DNA of 64,000 bases, from the NCBI GenBank assembly GCA_963744815.1, contig CAVUVL010000014.1, positions 14,344 through 78,343 of the forward strand. Reading direction: 5' to 3'. Each line of letters opens with the position of its first letter. Positions within the stretch are counted from its first letter, which is position 1. A model generated the notes under the pieces. That model saw only the letters and a program-made list of their open reading frames with translations. It was not told where the DNA came from and did no database searches. The position numbers and the translations under genes are program-made. Of the stretch, positions 20,623 through 29,350 are shown in pieces. The stretch is from an uncultured Solirubrobacterales bacterium. Lineage in GTDB: Bacteria > Actinomycetota > Thermoleophilia > Solirubrobacterales > Solirubrobacteraceae.

Positions 20623-21476
20623 CGCTGGCCCGGCGCCGGCTGATCCGCGTTCCCGCCTCGAGCGCCAACCTCGGCCCCGGGTTCGACGTGCTGGCGGCGG
20701 CGCTGTCCCTGCACCTGGAGCTCGAGGTGTCCGAGACCGGCCGGTTCGCCGTGCACACCGATCTCGACGTCCCGCGCGACCGCGGCAACCTCGTCGTCCG
20801 CGCCTTCGAGCGCCTGCACCCGGCCGACGACTTCGAGTTCCGCATCGCCTCCCAGATCCCGCTCAGCGGAGGACTGGGGTCCAGCGCCGCGGCAGCCCTG
20901 GCCGGGCTGATGGCGGCCGACCATCTGTTCGAGCTCGACGCCGACGTGACGTCGCTGGCCGTCGAGCTCGAGGGCCACCCCGACAACGTGGCCGCTTCAG
21001 TCCACGGCGGCATCGTGATCTGCGCCGGCGAGCGGGTCCACCGGCTCGAGCCGCCGATGGGTCTGGAGGCGGTGCTGGTCATCCCGTCCGAGCCGGTGCG
21101 CACCGAGCAGGCCCGCGCCGCCCTGCCGGCGACCGTGCCGCTGGCCGACGCCGCCTTCAACGTGGCCTGCGCCTCGCTGCTGGCCATCGGGCTGGCCACC
21201 GGTGACCAGGCCCTGATCGCCGACGGCCTCCGGGACCGTCTGCACCAGCCCTATCGCGCCCACCTGTTCCCCCGCTCGGCCGAGCTGCTCGCGGCGGCGG
21301 CCGAGCTCGGCGCTCTGGGGGCCACGATCTCGGGCGCCGGGCCGACGGTGCTGGTCTGGTCTCAATACGAGCGCACGGGGCCCCTGGTGGCCCGGCTCAC
21401 CGAGCGCGCCGAGGGGTGGGCGACGGTGCTGCGGGCGCCGTTTGAGACCCAGGGCGCCGACGTGCGCGAGCTCTGA
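20619..21476 (+). CDS. thrB: Homoserine kinase
   Basis: [49 protein letters not shown]. Confidence 0.95.
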   Translation: MTLARRRLIRVPASSANLGPGFDVLAAALSLHLELEVSETGRFAVHTDLDVPRDRGNLVVRAFERLHPADDFEFRIASQIPLSGGLGSSAAAALAGLMAADHLFELDADVTSLAVELEGHPDNVAASVHGGIVICAGERVHRLEPPMGLEAVLVIPSEPVRTEQARAALPATVPLADAAFNVACASLLAIGLATGDQALIADGLRDRLHQPYRAHLFPRSAELLAAAAELGALGATISGAGPTVLVWSQYERTGPLVARLTERAEGWATVLRAPFETQGADVREL

Positions 21477-21527
21477 GCGCCGTTGCACCCCGAGCCGGCC
21501 GCCGGCGTGTCAGCGGCGCCTTAACCG

Positions 21528-22325
21528 CTACGCGCTGGCGCGCGCCGCCTGGGACAGCATCGGCTCCAGGCGGCGCCGGGCGTCCTCGCGATCGAGCCGC
21601 CGCAGCAGCTCATCGGCGACGGCCAGGTAGTCGGCACCCAGGTCTGGGCGGTAGTCGAGGATCGACAGTGCGCGCTCGGCTGACTCGGCATAGGCGATCG
21701 ACGCTCGGATCGTCGTGTCCAGCAGCTTGTCGCCGAAGTGCTCGCGCAGCGAGTCGAAAGCCTCGCGGGAGTGCCGGGTCCGCATGTCGGCGATATTGAG
21801 CATCACGCCCAGCCAGACCAGATCGGGGTTGAGGCTGTCCCGGGCCAGTTCGATGACCTCGAGCGCCTGCTCGACTCCCTGCAGCGCGAAGTACTGGGCC
21901 TCCGCCGACAGCAAAGCGTAGTCGGAGGCCACGAGGGCGTTGACAGTCAGCAGGCCCAGGGCGGGCGGGCAGTCGATCAGGACCAGGTCATAGTCGTGGC
22001 CGACCTCGCGCAGCGCCCGCTTGAGCGTCAGCTCGCGACCCATCTTGCCGCCCAGCGCCAGTTCGGCTTCCGCCAGTCCCAGGTTGGCGGGGATGATCCC
22101 GTTGTGAACGGCGTCGATGGCCTGGGCCCGGCCGGCCAGCACGTCGCCGATCGTCGGCGAGGCGTCTGGGTCGACGTCCAGGTAGTCCGAGAGATTGCCT
22201 TGGGGGTCGAGGTCGACGGCCAGCACGGACAGACCGGTCCGGCGAAAGACATCCGTCAACGTCCGGACCGCGGTCGTCTTGCCGGTGCCGCCCTTCTGGG
22301 AGAGGACCGAGATCGTGGAAGGCAT
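21528..22325 (-). CDS. ParA/Soj family ATPase (no adjacent parB)
   Basis: QKGGTGKTT, DLDPQGN, IDCPPALG. Confidence 0.92.
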   Translation of the reverse strand: MPSTISVLSQKGGTGKTTAVRTLTDVFRRTGLSVLAVDLDPQGNLSDYLDVDPDASPTIGDVLAGRAQAIDAVHNGIIPANLGLAEAELALGGKMGRELTLKRALREVGHDYDLVLIDCPPALGLLTVNALVASDYALLSAEAQYFALQGVEQALEVIELARDSLNPDLVWLGVMLNIADMRTRHSREAFDSLREHFGDKLLDTTIRASIAYAESAERALSILDYRPDLGADYLAVADELLRRLDREDARRRLEPMLSQAARASA

Positions 22326-22400
22326 CGGCGCCTGACTATAAGCGAGCCAGGTCAGCCACGGCCGGTGAGCGCCGCGGAGGTCAGATCACCCGCGCAGCGA

Positions 22401-22985
22401 TCAGCTGCCGACGGCTTTGCCGTGGGCGTCGGCCGACTGGCTGGGACGCAGGCCAGACACCACCGGCACATCCAGGAAGTGCAGGTGATGACGGCCGATC
22501 ACGATCTCGTCGCCGTCGGCCAGCGTGCTCCACTCGACTCGCTCGCCGTTGACGAACACCCCGTTGAGGCTGCGATCGTCGAGCACGCGCAGGCCGTCGG
22601 GCTGGCGCACGATCAGCGCGTGGCGGCGCGACACGGTTGGATCGTCGAAGCGGATGTCAGCGGCCAGGCTGCGCCCGATCCGCGTCCATTCCCGCTCGAG
22701 CCCGTAGGCGACCACATCTTCACCGGAGTGATAGGCGACGTACTGACCCGGCTCATCGAGACCCTCGCGCAGTTCCGACAGCCAGTTGCCATCCTCGATC
22801 TCGGGCGCTAACTCGATGACCGCCTGCTGAGAGGTGGTGAACAGCGAGGCCCGGACGAACTCGGTACCTCCGCAATTCGGGCACGAGGGGAGCTCATCGG
22901 CCGCGTCGAGCGACAGCGGGAAATCACACTCGGTGCATCTGAACGTACCGGTCCCAGCGACGTTGCCCGACATCCACGCTTTCAT
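22401..22985 (-). CDS. Zinc-ribbon plus FHA domain protein
   Basis: GNVAGTGTFRCTEC..CPNCGGTEF, then IGRS..VSRRHA..SLNGVFVNG..DGDEIVIG. Confidence 0.88.
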   Translation of the reverse strand: MKAWMSGNVAGTGTFRCTECDFPLSLDAADELPSCPNCGGTEFVRASLFTTSQQAVIELAPEIEDGNWLSELREGLDEPGQYVAYHSGEDVVAYGLEREWTRIGRSLAADIRFDDPTVSRRHALIVRQPDGLRVLDDRSLNGVFVNGERVEWSTLADGDEIVIGRHHLHFLDVPVVSGLRPSQSADAHGKAVGS

Positions 22986-23212
22986 ATCGGCGGTACTCCT
23001 CGCTAGGGGACGCGTGGCTCGCAAGGGGGTCTCAGGAGCCGCGCCGACCCAAGGGTCTTAACGCCATCTTAGTGGCCTGGTCAAAGCAAAGGTAAACCTC
23101 TTGGGAATGTCCGTCCAGCGTCGAATAAGCGCTCGTAGCGCGTAAATATCAGCTTTTTGAAGCTTTATTTGACGTGGCAGGAACGTCCTCTCCGGGGCCG
23201 AACCTAGGCTGC

Positions 23213-23479
23213 ATGGCGGCGTCCATGCGGGACATGTTGGACCTCGAGCTGGCGCTGCTACGCAAGGGCCTGGACGAGCGCCTGGCCGGCTCTGAGCGCT
23301 GCGCGTGCTGCAACCGTACGCCGCTGGTCGGGGAGCAGGTGTACGTATATGAATCGGGCCTGATCGCCTGCGCCCTGTGCCGCCGACGTCAGCGTCACAA
23401 CCCGGTGGGCACCCGGGTCGTGCACGGTCCGGAATTCGGCCACACGATGCGGATAACCGATCAGAGGGCGGCCGCATAG
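23213..23479 (+). CDS. Small Cys-rich (zinc-finger-like) hypothetical protein
   Basis: CACCNRTPLVGE..CALC. Confidence 0.7.
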   Translation: MAASMRDMLDLELALLRKGLDERLAGSERCACCNRTPLVGEQVYVYESGLIACALCRRRQRHNPVGTRVVHGPEFGHTMRITDQRAAA

Positions 23480-23490
23480 ACTCCCCGGCC

Positions 23491-23986
23491 GTGGAGCCCT
23501 TCACGGTCACGACGACGATCGCCAAGCCTCGCGAGCAGGTCTTCGAGTACCTGGCTGACATCGCCAACCATCCGGAGTTCACCGACCACTACCGGGTCGA
23601 CTGGCATCTGACCCGGGTCGACAGCTACGGCACCGGGGCCGGGGCTCGGTTTCGCATCAAGGAGCCGCTGAATCGCTTCGCCTGGGCCGACGTCACGTTC
23701 GCCGAAGCTCCAGCCCCCGTTTCGGATCCTTGAACGTGGCCGGGGCGGGAAGTACAACCGGATCCGGATGCTCGGGACCTACACCCTGTCCCCCGGCCCC
23801 GGCAACACAACCAAGGTTCAGTACACACTGGAGACCGTGCCCTCGCAGATCTCAGACAAGCTGATGGAGACCTTCGGCGGGCGCTCGTGGAACAAACGCC
23901 AGGCCGGCAAGGCGCTGCGGCGGCTGCGCTCGATTCTCGAGGAAGGCCGGGACCGCGGCCAGCGCGCCTCGGTGGCCGCCGACTGA
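23491..23986 (+). CDS. SRPBCC family protein; frameshifted near 23710-23735
   Basis: VEPFTVTTTIAKPREQVFEYLADIANHPEF..GAGARFR joined to ORF 23768..23986 (TKVQYT..ALRRLRSILE). Confidence 0.8.
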
Positions 23987-24066
23987 GCACACGGCCGGCC
24001 AGAGGACCCTCGCTGCCCCCGGCCGGCGGCGGTTCGCAACCGCCCAGCCATTAGACTTTCGCAGCC

Positions 24067-24637
24067 GTGAGAGCCCGCCGCCTGTGGACCATCGTCTCTG
24101 CGCTGACCCTTGCCCTGGGGGTGTCGGCCTGCGGGAACAAGCACGGCGCATCCGAACTTCGCCGACGCCAACAACAACGGCGTCTACGTGGACGCCGGGC
24201 CGGTTACCTATCAGCTCCAGATCTCGCGGATCCTCAACCCCTACAGCGCCGAGGACTCGGCCTACGTCAAGGGCCTGCCGGCGGGAACCGTCGGTCCGAC
24301 CGCAACCCAGGAGTGGTACGGCGTGTTCCTATGGGCCAAGAACCAGACCGACAAGCCCCAGGTGACCACCGACAACTTCGTGGTCGAGGACACGCAGGGC
24401 ACGCGCTACTACCCGATCAAGCTGGACCCGAACCTGAACCCGTACGCCTGGACCGCGCAGAAGCTATATCCGTTGCAGACCGAACCCGCCCCCAACACGA
24501 CGGCCAGCGAGGGCCCCACCCAGGGCGGCCTGGTGCTGTTCAAGATCGGCAATTCCGCCTACGCCAACCGCCCGCTGACGCTCTGGATCCTTGGTCCGGG
24601 TGGCCACAAGTGGGGCGGGATCTCGCTCGATCTCTGA
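24067..24637 (+). CDS. Hypothetical lipoprotein; frameshift near 24145
   Basis: Signal MRARRLWTIVSALTLALGVSAC continues into ORF 24110..24637 (YQLQISRILNP..FVVEDTQG..GGLVLFKI). Confidence 0.75.
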
Positions 24638-24651
24638 GCGGCGGACGCGCG

Positions 24652-26016
24652 TTGCCGGTTAATCGAGCCAGACGGCCGCGGGTTGCGCACGCCCGGGTCT
24701 CCCGGCGGGCCGCGATCCTGGCCCGCCGGGCCACGCTCCTGGTGCTCTGCCTGGTGGGATCGGCCCTCGTGGCCCCAGCCGCCCAGGCCGGCTGGACCCG
24801 GCCGTTTGAGCTGGTCAAGCCAGGGACGATGGACTTCCTGCCGACCCAACTGGCCTTCTCGAGCTCGGGCGCGGCCAGCGCCGGGTTCTCGATCGCCGAT
24901 CTGGACACTCCGGGCAGCTCGCAGGCCTACACGGTGTACCGCTCAGCGCGTGGATCGGTCGGCGCTCCCCGAGCGATCACGGGCGCCCAGTCGATCCTGG
25001 CGCTGGACTACAGCGGCTCGGCGCTGCAGCTGATCACCGGTACGGGCCCCAGCAACTTGGACTGCTGCAGCACCGCCCAGGCGATCCGGATCAGCGCCCA
25101 CGGGGCGATCGGCCGGCCCCAGACCCTGGTCAGCGGCCTGGCCGGTGACTCGACCGGTCAGCTGGTGGCGCTGGCCGGTGGCCGGACGGTGGCCACGGTG
25201 GGCACCGAGCAGGGCGTGTGGACGCTGGCCGCAGGCCCCAACGGGCACTTCTCGGGCAAGCATCGGCTGACCGGAGCTGGGCAGGCGCCGGAGTCACTGG
25301 CCGCCACCTGGCTCGGGGGTCAGGGCTCGCTGGTGGCGTGGACGTCGGCATCCGGGACGGCCGGGGCCTCCGATCCTCGCACGATCTTCTACGCCCAGGG
25401 CTCGAAGACCGGCCCGCCGCGGCGGGCCGTGCGCCTGCTCCAGGTTCCGGCCGGCCACCGGATCGACGAGCTGACCGTGGCGCGCCGCCACAACGGCGCC
25501 ACCGCGGCCTGGGTCGAGAGCTGGTTCGACAAGCGGGGCAACTACCACTCGCAGGTCCGGGCGGCCGACTTCGCGGCCAAGCCGTCGGTGCGCGATCTGT
25601 CACCGGCCAACGAGGACGCGTCCGGGGTCGGTTTTGCGTCCAATGCCGCGGGGGCCCAGGCGGTCACCTGGCAGTCGTGCACTAGTGGGGGATCCTGCAC
25701 CGTGCACGCGGCCACCCGGGCAGCCAACGGCCGGTTCGGGGGCGCCGCGACACTGGGCGCGATCGACGCTGCGCAGGAGGCGGCGGTGACCGTCGGCCCG
25801 GCCGGCCAGGCGCTGATCGGCTGGGTGCGCTCCGGCCACCCCGTGGCGGTGGTCGGGCCGGTGACCGGCCGCCTGGGCGCGCTACGTGTGCTGTCGCCCA
25901 GCAGTTTCGCGCTTGACGTGACCGTGGCCTTCGGCCCCCACCACGACGCGCTGGCCGCCTGGACGCAGGGCACGCTCAATCCCAGCGTGGTCGCAGCCGA
26001 CTACCACGTCGGCTGA
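24652..26016 (+). CDS. Secreted beta-rich hypothetical protein (start uncertain)
   Basis: Arg-rich leader plus hydrophobic LLVLCLVGSALVAPAAQA; repeated xxAW blades (LVAW, TAAW, AVTW, LIGW, LAAW). Confidence 0.7.
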   Translation: MPVNRARRPRVAHARVSRRAAILARRATLLVLCLVGSALVAPAAQAGWTRPFELVKPGTMDFLPTQLAFSSSGAASAGFSIADLDTPGSSQAYTVYRSARGSVGAPRAITGAQSILALDYSGSALQLITGTGPSNLDCCSTAQAIRISAHGAIGRPQTLVSGLAGDSTGQLVALAGGRTVATVGTEQGVWTLAAGPNGHFSGKHRLTGAGQAPESLAATWLGGQGSLVAWTSASGTAGASDPRTIFYAQGSKTGPPRRAVRLLQVPAGHRIDELTVARRHNGATAAWVESWFDKRGNYHSQVRAADFAAKPSVRDLSPANEDASGVGFASNAAGAQAVTWQSCTSGGSCTVHAATRAANGRFGGAATLGAIDAAQEAAVTVGPAGQALIGWVRSGHPVAVVGPVTGRLGALRVLSPSSFALDVTVAFGPHHDALAAWTQGTLNPSVVAADYHVG

Positions 26017-27735
26017 TCAGTGCTGCAGCGCTGAGGCCAGGATCTGGCGCACCGGCGGCGCCGCCGCGGCACCCCCGAACCCCTGGTTGGGGTACAGCGC
26101 CCCGGCCACGAAGCGCGGATGGCCGGCGGGCGCGTACGCGACAAACCACGCGTCGGTGTTCTGGGGTGAACCGGCGTTCGGATTGGTGGTGGAGGCAGTG
26201 TCGGTCAGCTCGGCGGTGCCGGTCTTGCCCGCCACCACGACTCCCGGGATCTGAGCCGCGGTCCCCGTACCCGACTGCACGACGGCGATCATCATCTGTT
26301 CGACCTGGTGGGCTACCTGCGGACTGATCACCCGGACGAAGCGGGGCTTCTGGTGGGCCAGCAACGTGGGGATGGGGCGCCGGCCTCCCATCGCGATCGT
26401 GGCGGCCACGTCAGCCATCCCGAGCGGCGTGCTGAGCACCTTGCCCTGGCCGATGGCCGAGGAGCCGACGGCCAGGCTGCTGCCGATCGTGCGGGCCGAG
26501 GGAATCGTGCTCTCGGCCGCCCCAGGGATCCCGGTGGGCTGATCGAAACCGAAGCGCTGAGCGATCGCGACCAGCCGCTGGCCGCCGAGCTTGGCGCCTA
26601 GCGGCGCGAACACCGAGTTGCAGGAGACGGCGAAGGCGTTGAGCAGGGTGCCGCCGCAGGCTTCCCCGCCGGCGTTCTGCAACGAGTAGCCGTCGATGTC
26701 GGCCGAGGTGGCGATCGGATACACGGTCGAGAGCTTGGCGATCCCGGCCTGCAGCGCGCCCGACGCGGTGATGATCTTCATCGTCGATCCCGGCGGCTGT
26801 GGCGCCGAGTAGGCGATTCCGCCCAGCGCCAGCAGGCCGCCGGTGCGCGGGTTCATGACCACGATCCCGGCGTAGGAGCTGCCCAGCGCGGCGATCGTGG
26901 CCCGCTCCACCGAGGGCGAGATCGTGGTCTGCACCGGCTTGCCCTGTACCGGGCGGGCCGTCGCCAGCACGCGGCGGCCGGCCAGCAGAGTGCCCCCCGG
27001 CGTTCCCGCCAGCCGTGACTGGAAGACCAGCTCGAGCCCGTCCTGTCCGACCTTGGCGGCGGGCGGGTAGCCGGCCTGGGCGTATCGGGTCGTTTCGGTG
27101 TGCGGAATCGCTCCCAGGGTGCCCACCACCTGCAGGGCCACATCGGGGATCGGCGAGGTGCGCTGCGGACCCTCGGCCAGCGGAGTGCCGTCGCTGGCCA
27201 GCAGCGTGGCCCGCGGCGCCAGGCGCATCACCCGGCTCAGATGCTCGCCGGGGCGCAGACCCGGGAACAGCACCCAAGGCCGAAGCTGGACGCGGGCCCC
27301 TGACCCGCTGCCGCTCAGTGGCACCTGCAGCGTCTCGTCCAGCCGACCCCAGATGCGGGTGTCGACGTTCATCTGCACGGCGATCGAGTCACCCGATCGT
27401 CCCGACACCTGCGTCGGGTGCATCGAGAGCGTCGTCGCGATCGCCGCATCGTCGGCCAGCTCACGAGCGAACCGCGCCTCCGACGTGCTGGCCCGCGACT
27501 TGGGGTCCAGCAGTGAGTACATCTGCCGGTAGTCGTGGTGCTCCCAGGCGTCCACGTAGCTGGTCACTGTGTGTCGCTCGGCACGTCCCGGCGCGGTGGC
27601 CAGAAACGCTCCGGCGCCGAAGGCCACGGCGGCGATCACGAACACCGGGACGGCCCGGCTGAGCAGTTTGCGCCTACGTGAATTTCGCCGCGCCGAGCGC
27701 GGACCCCGGCTCAGGATTGCCCCGCTGTCTAACAC
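26017..27735 (-). CDS. Penicillin-binding protein (transpeptidase, NTF2-like N-domain)
   Basis: PGSTMK (SxxK), SCN (SxN), GKTGTAE, AWFVAYAP; N-terminal TM segment. Confidence 0.93.
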   Translation of the reverse strand: MLDSGAILSRGPRSARRNSRRRKLLSRAVPVFVIAAVAFGAGAFLATAPGRAERHTVTSYVDAWEHHDYRQMYSLLDPKSRASTSEARFARELADDAAIATTLSMHPTQVSGRSGDSIAVQMNVDTRIWGRLDETLQVPLSGSGSGARVQLRPWVLFPGLRPGEHLSRVMRLAPRATLLASDGTPLAEGPQRTSPIPDVALQVVGTLGAIPHTETTRYAQAGYPPAAKVGQDGLELVFQSRLAGTPGGTLLAGRRVLATARPVQGKPVQTTISPSVERATIAALGSSYAGIVVMNPRTGGLLALGGIAYSAPQPPGSTMKIITASGALQAGIAKLSTVYPIATSADIDGYSLQNAGGEACGGTLLNAFAVSCNSVFAPLGAKLGGQRLVAIAQRFGFDQPTGIPGAAESTIPSARTIGSSLAVGSSAIGQGKVLSTPLGMADVAATIAMGGRRPIPTLLAHQKPRFVRVISPQVAHQVEQMMIAVVQSGTGTAAQIPGVVVAGKTGTAELTDTASTTNPNAGSPQNTDAWFVAYAPAGHPRFVAGALYPNQGFGGAAAAPPVRQILASALQH

Positions 27736-27817
27736 CCCACTGCCAGTTGCGTTAACACCCCAACCGGTAACGGTAGAAGATGGCGAGCAAAAGCGGGCGC
27801 CGGACTAGCATTTTCCG

Positions 27818-28972
27818 ATCACCGCGATCGACTGGCTGATCATCTTGTTCACCGTCCTGCTGGCCGTCTACGGCTATGTGCAGGGGTTCATCGTCGGTGC
27901 CCTGTCCCTGGTCGGGTTCGCGGTCGGAGCGTTCATCGGGACGCGTCTGGCGCCGCTGGTACTCAATCAGGGATCCCGCTCTCCGTACGCGCCGCTGCTC
28001 GGTCTGCTGGGCGCGCTGCTGGCCGGCGGCGCGATGGCCAGCGGCTTCGAGGGCTTGGGCGCACGCGTGCGCTCCGCCGTCCGCCTGCCCGGCCTGCGCA
28101 CGCTCGACGGTCTGATGGGCGCGGTGCTCACGGCCTGCGTCGGCCTTGGCGTGGCCTGGATCGTGGGCGCCGTGGCCCTGCAATCGACCGGCTCTGAGCC
28201 TATTCGCCAGGACATTCAGCGTTCGGCGATCCTGACCGAGCTCGATCAGTTGCTGCCGCCCTCCGGCCCGATCCTCAACGCGCTGGCCCGGTTCGATCCG
28301 CTGCCCTCGGTCCGAGGTCCTGCGGCCGATGTGCCGCCCCCGAACCCGGCCGTGCTCGGCCTGCCCGGCGTGCGAGCGGCGGCGGCCAGCGTGGTGCGCG
28401 TGTTCGGCACGGCCTGCGGGCTGGGCGTGGAGGGCAGCGGCTGGGTGGCCGCGCCCGGCGTGGTGGTGACCAACGCGCACGTGGTGGCGGGGGAGAGCGA
28501 TACGGCGATCCAGGTTCAGGGCGTCGGTCCCGGGCGTCCGGTGCAGGTGCTGGGGTTCGACTCCCGCGATGACGTTGCGGTGCTGCGCGTGAGCGGCCCG
28601 ACACCTCGGCCCCTGGGCTTCGCCTCCGGTCAGCACGTCGGCGCGTCCGCGGCGATCCTTGGGTATCCACTGGACGGGGCCTTCAACGCCGAACCGGCGC
28701 GCTTGGGCCAGACCAGCACGGTCAGCACCGAGAACGCGTACGGCCAGGGCCACGTGCTGCGCTCGATCACCGCGCTGCGCGGACAGGTTCGGCCCGGCAA
28801 CTCAGGCGGTCCGCTGATCGACAGCCACGGCCAGGTGCTGGCCACGATCTTCGCCGCGCTCACCGACACTCCGCATCCGGGTGGCTTCGCGGTTCCGAAC
28901 TCGGTCCTGCGCCCGCAGTTGGCCAAGGCGCTGGCCCGGGATCGGAGCGTCGGTACCGGGCACTGCGGGTAG
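27818..28972 (+). CDS. marP: MarP family serine protease (CvpA TM region + trypsin domain)
   Basis: TAIDWLII TM region; GSGW..TNAHVVAG, DVAVL, RPGNSGGP. An in-frame TAG at 27806 limits the start to ATC 27818 or TTG 27845. Confidence 0.9.
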   Translation: MTAIDWLIILFTVLLAVYGYVQGFIVGALSLVGFAVGAFIGTRLAPLVLNQGSRSPYAPLLGLLGALLAGGAMASGFEGLGARVRSAVRLPGLRTLDGLMGAVLTACVGLGVAWIVGAVALQSTGSEPIRQDIQRSAILTELDQLLPPSGPILNALARFDPLPSVRGPAADVPPPNPAVLGLPGVRAAAASVVRVFGTACGLGVEGSGWVAAPGVVVTNAHVVAGESDTAIQVQGVGPGRPVQVLGFDSRDDVAVLRVSGPTPRPLGFASGQHVGASAAILGYPLDGAFNAEPARLGQTSTVSTENAYGQGHVLRSITALRGQVRPGNSGGPLIDSHGQVLATIFAALTDTPHPGGFAVPNSVLRPQLAKALARDRSVGTGHCG

Positions 28973-29018
28973 ATCTGGGAAACGCCGTGGCGGGCGGCGG
29001 TCTGCGTCGCCGCCCGCC

Positions 29019-29216
29019 TCAGGCGTTCATTGCCCCCGGACGTTCCTCGGTCATCTGCTGCACCACATCAAGCCCCAACGCCCCTAGGAGCTGCGGGTGG
29101 TGATGTGCGAGGTGCTGCTGGGCCGCGTCAAATAGCTCCTGCTCGGACTCCCCTGTGAGTTGCGCCCCGCACTCGCAGTAGGCAATCCGGCTGGGCTCTT
29201 CGCTGATCGGCGTCAT
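29019..29216 (-). CDS. Small DUF1059-like metal-binding protein
   Basis: CECG..GESEQELFDAAQQHLAHHHP; a strong SD (AAAGGAG) precedes ATG 29244, which is out of frame by 1 nt. Confidence 0.65.
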   Translation of the reverse strand: MTPISEEPSRIAYCECGAQLTGESEQELFDAAQQHLAHHHPQLLGALGLDVVQQMTEERPGAMNA

Positions 29217-29298
29217 GGCTGTCGAACAAGGCGGCTGCAGGCATGCGAAATGCTCCTTTCGGTCACTTCACACGTCGTCCTCGTGGCCCCGGTGACCA

Positions 29299-29350
29299 CG
29301 GTTGGGAAAGGTGTCGAATGGACGTTGGCGATACGTTTCCAGAACGTTGC
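29299..29350 (-). promoter_or_regulatory. 11-bp-period heptamer direct repeats, putative SARP/BTAD operator
   Basis: ACGTT at 29322, 29333 and 29344; minus strand reads CAACGTT-4-AAACGTA-4-CAACGTC, followed by weaker copies. Confidence 0.55.

Noticed and set aside
17984-21476. Long N-terminal extensions on qor (506 aa) and thrB (678 aa) in the ORF track
   Set aside because: Open off-frames overlapping the upstream genes; the real starts at 18518 and 20619 make 4-nt overlaps.
21528-22325. Chromosome or plasmid partition locus
   Set aside because: No parB, parS-like palindrome or rep gene nearby.
23040-23170. Possible structured RNA in the AT-rich gap upstream of the FHA gene
   Set aside because: Pairing (CCCAAG..CTTGGG, GCCA/TGGC) is weak and the region is adequately explained as a divergent promoter; no riboswitch consensus recognised.
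24067-26016. 649-aa single lipoprotein ORF
   Set aside because: A frameshift near 24145 joins one gene's signal peptide, through an off-frame stretch, to the next gene.
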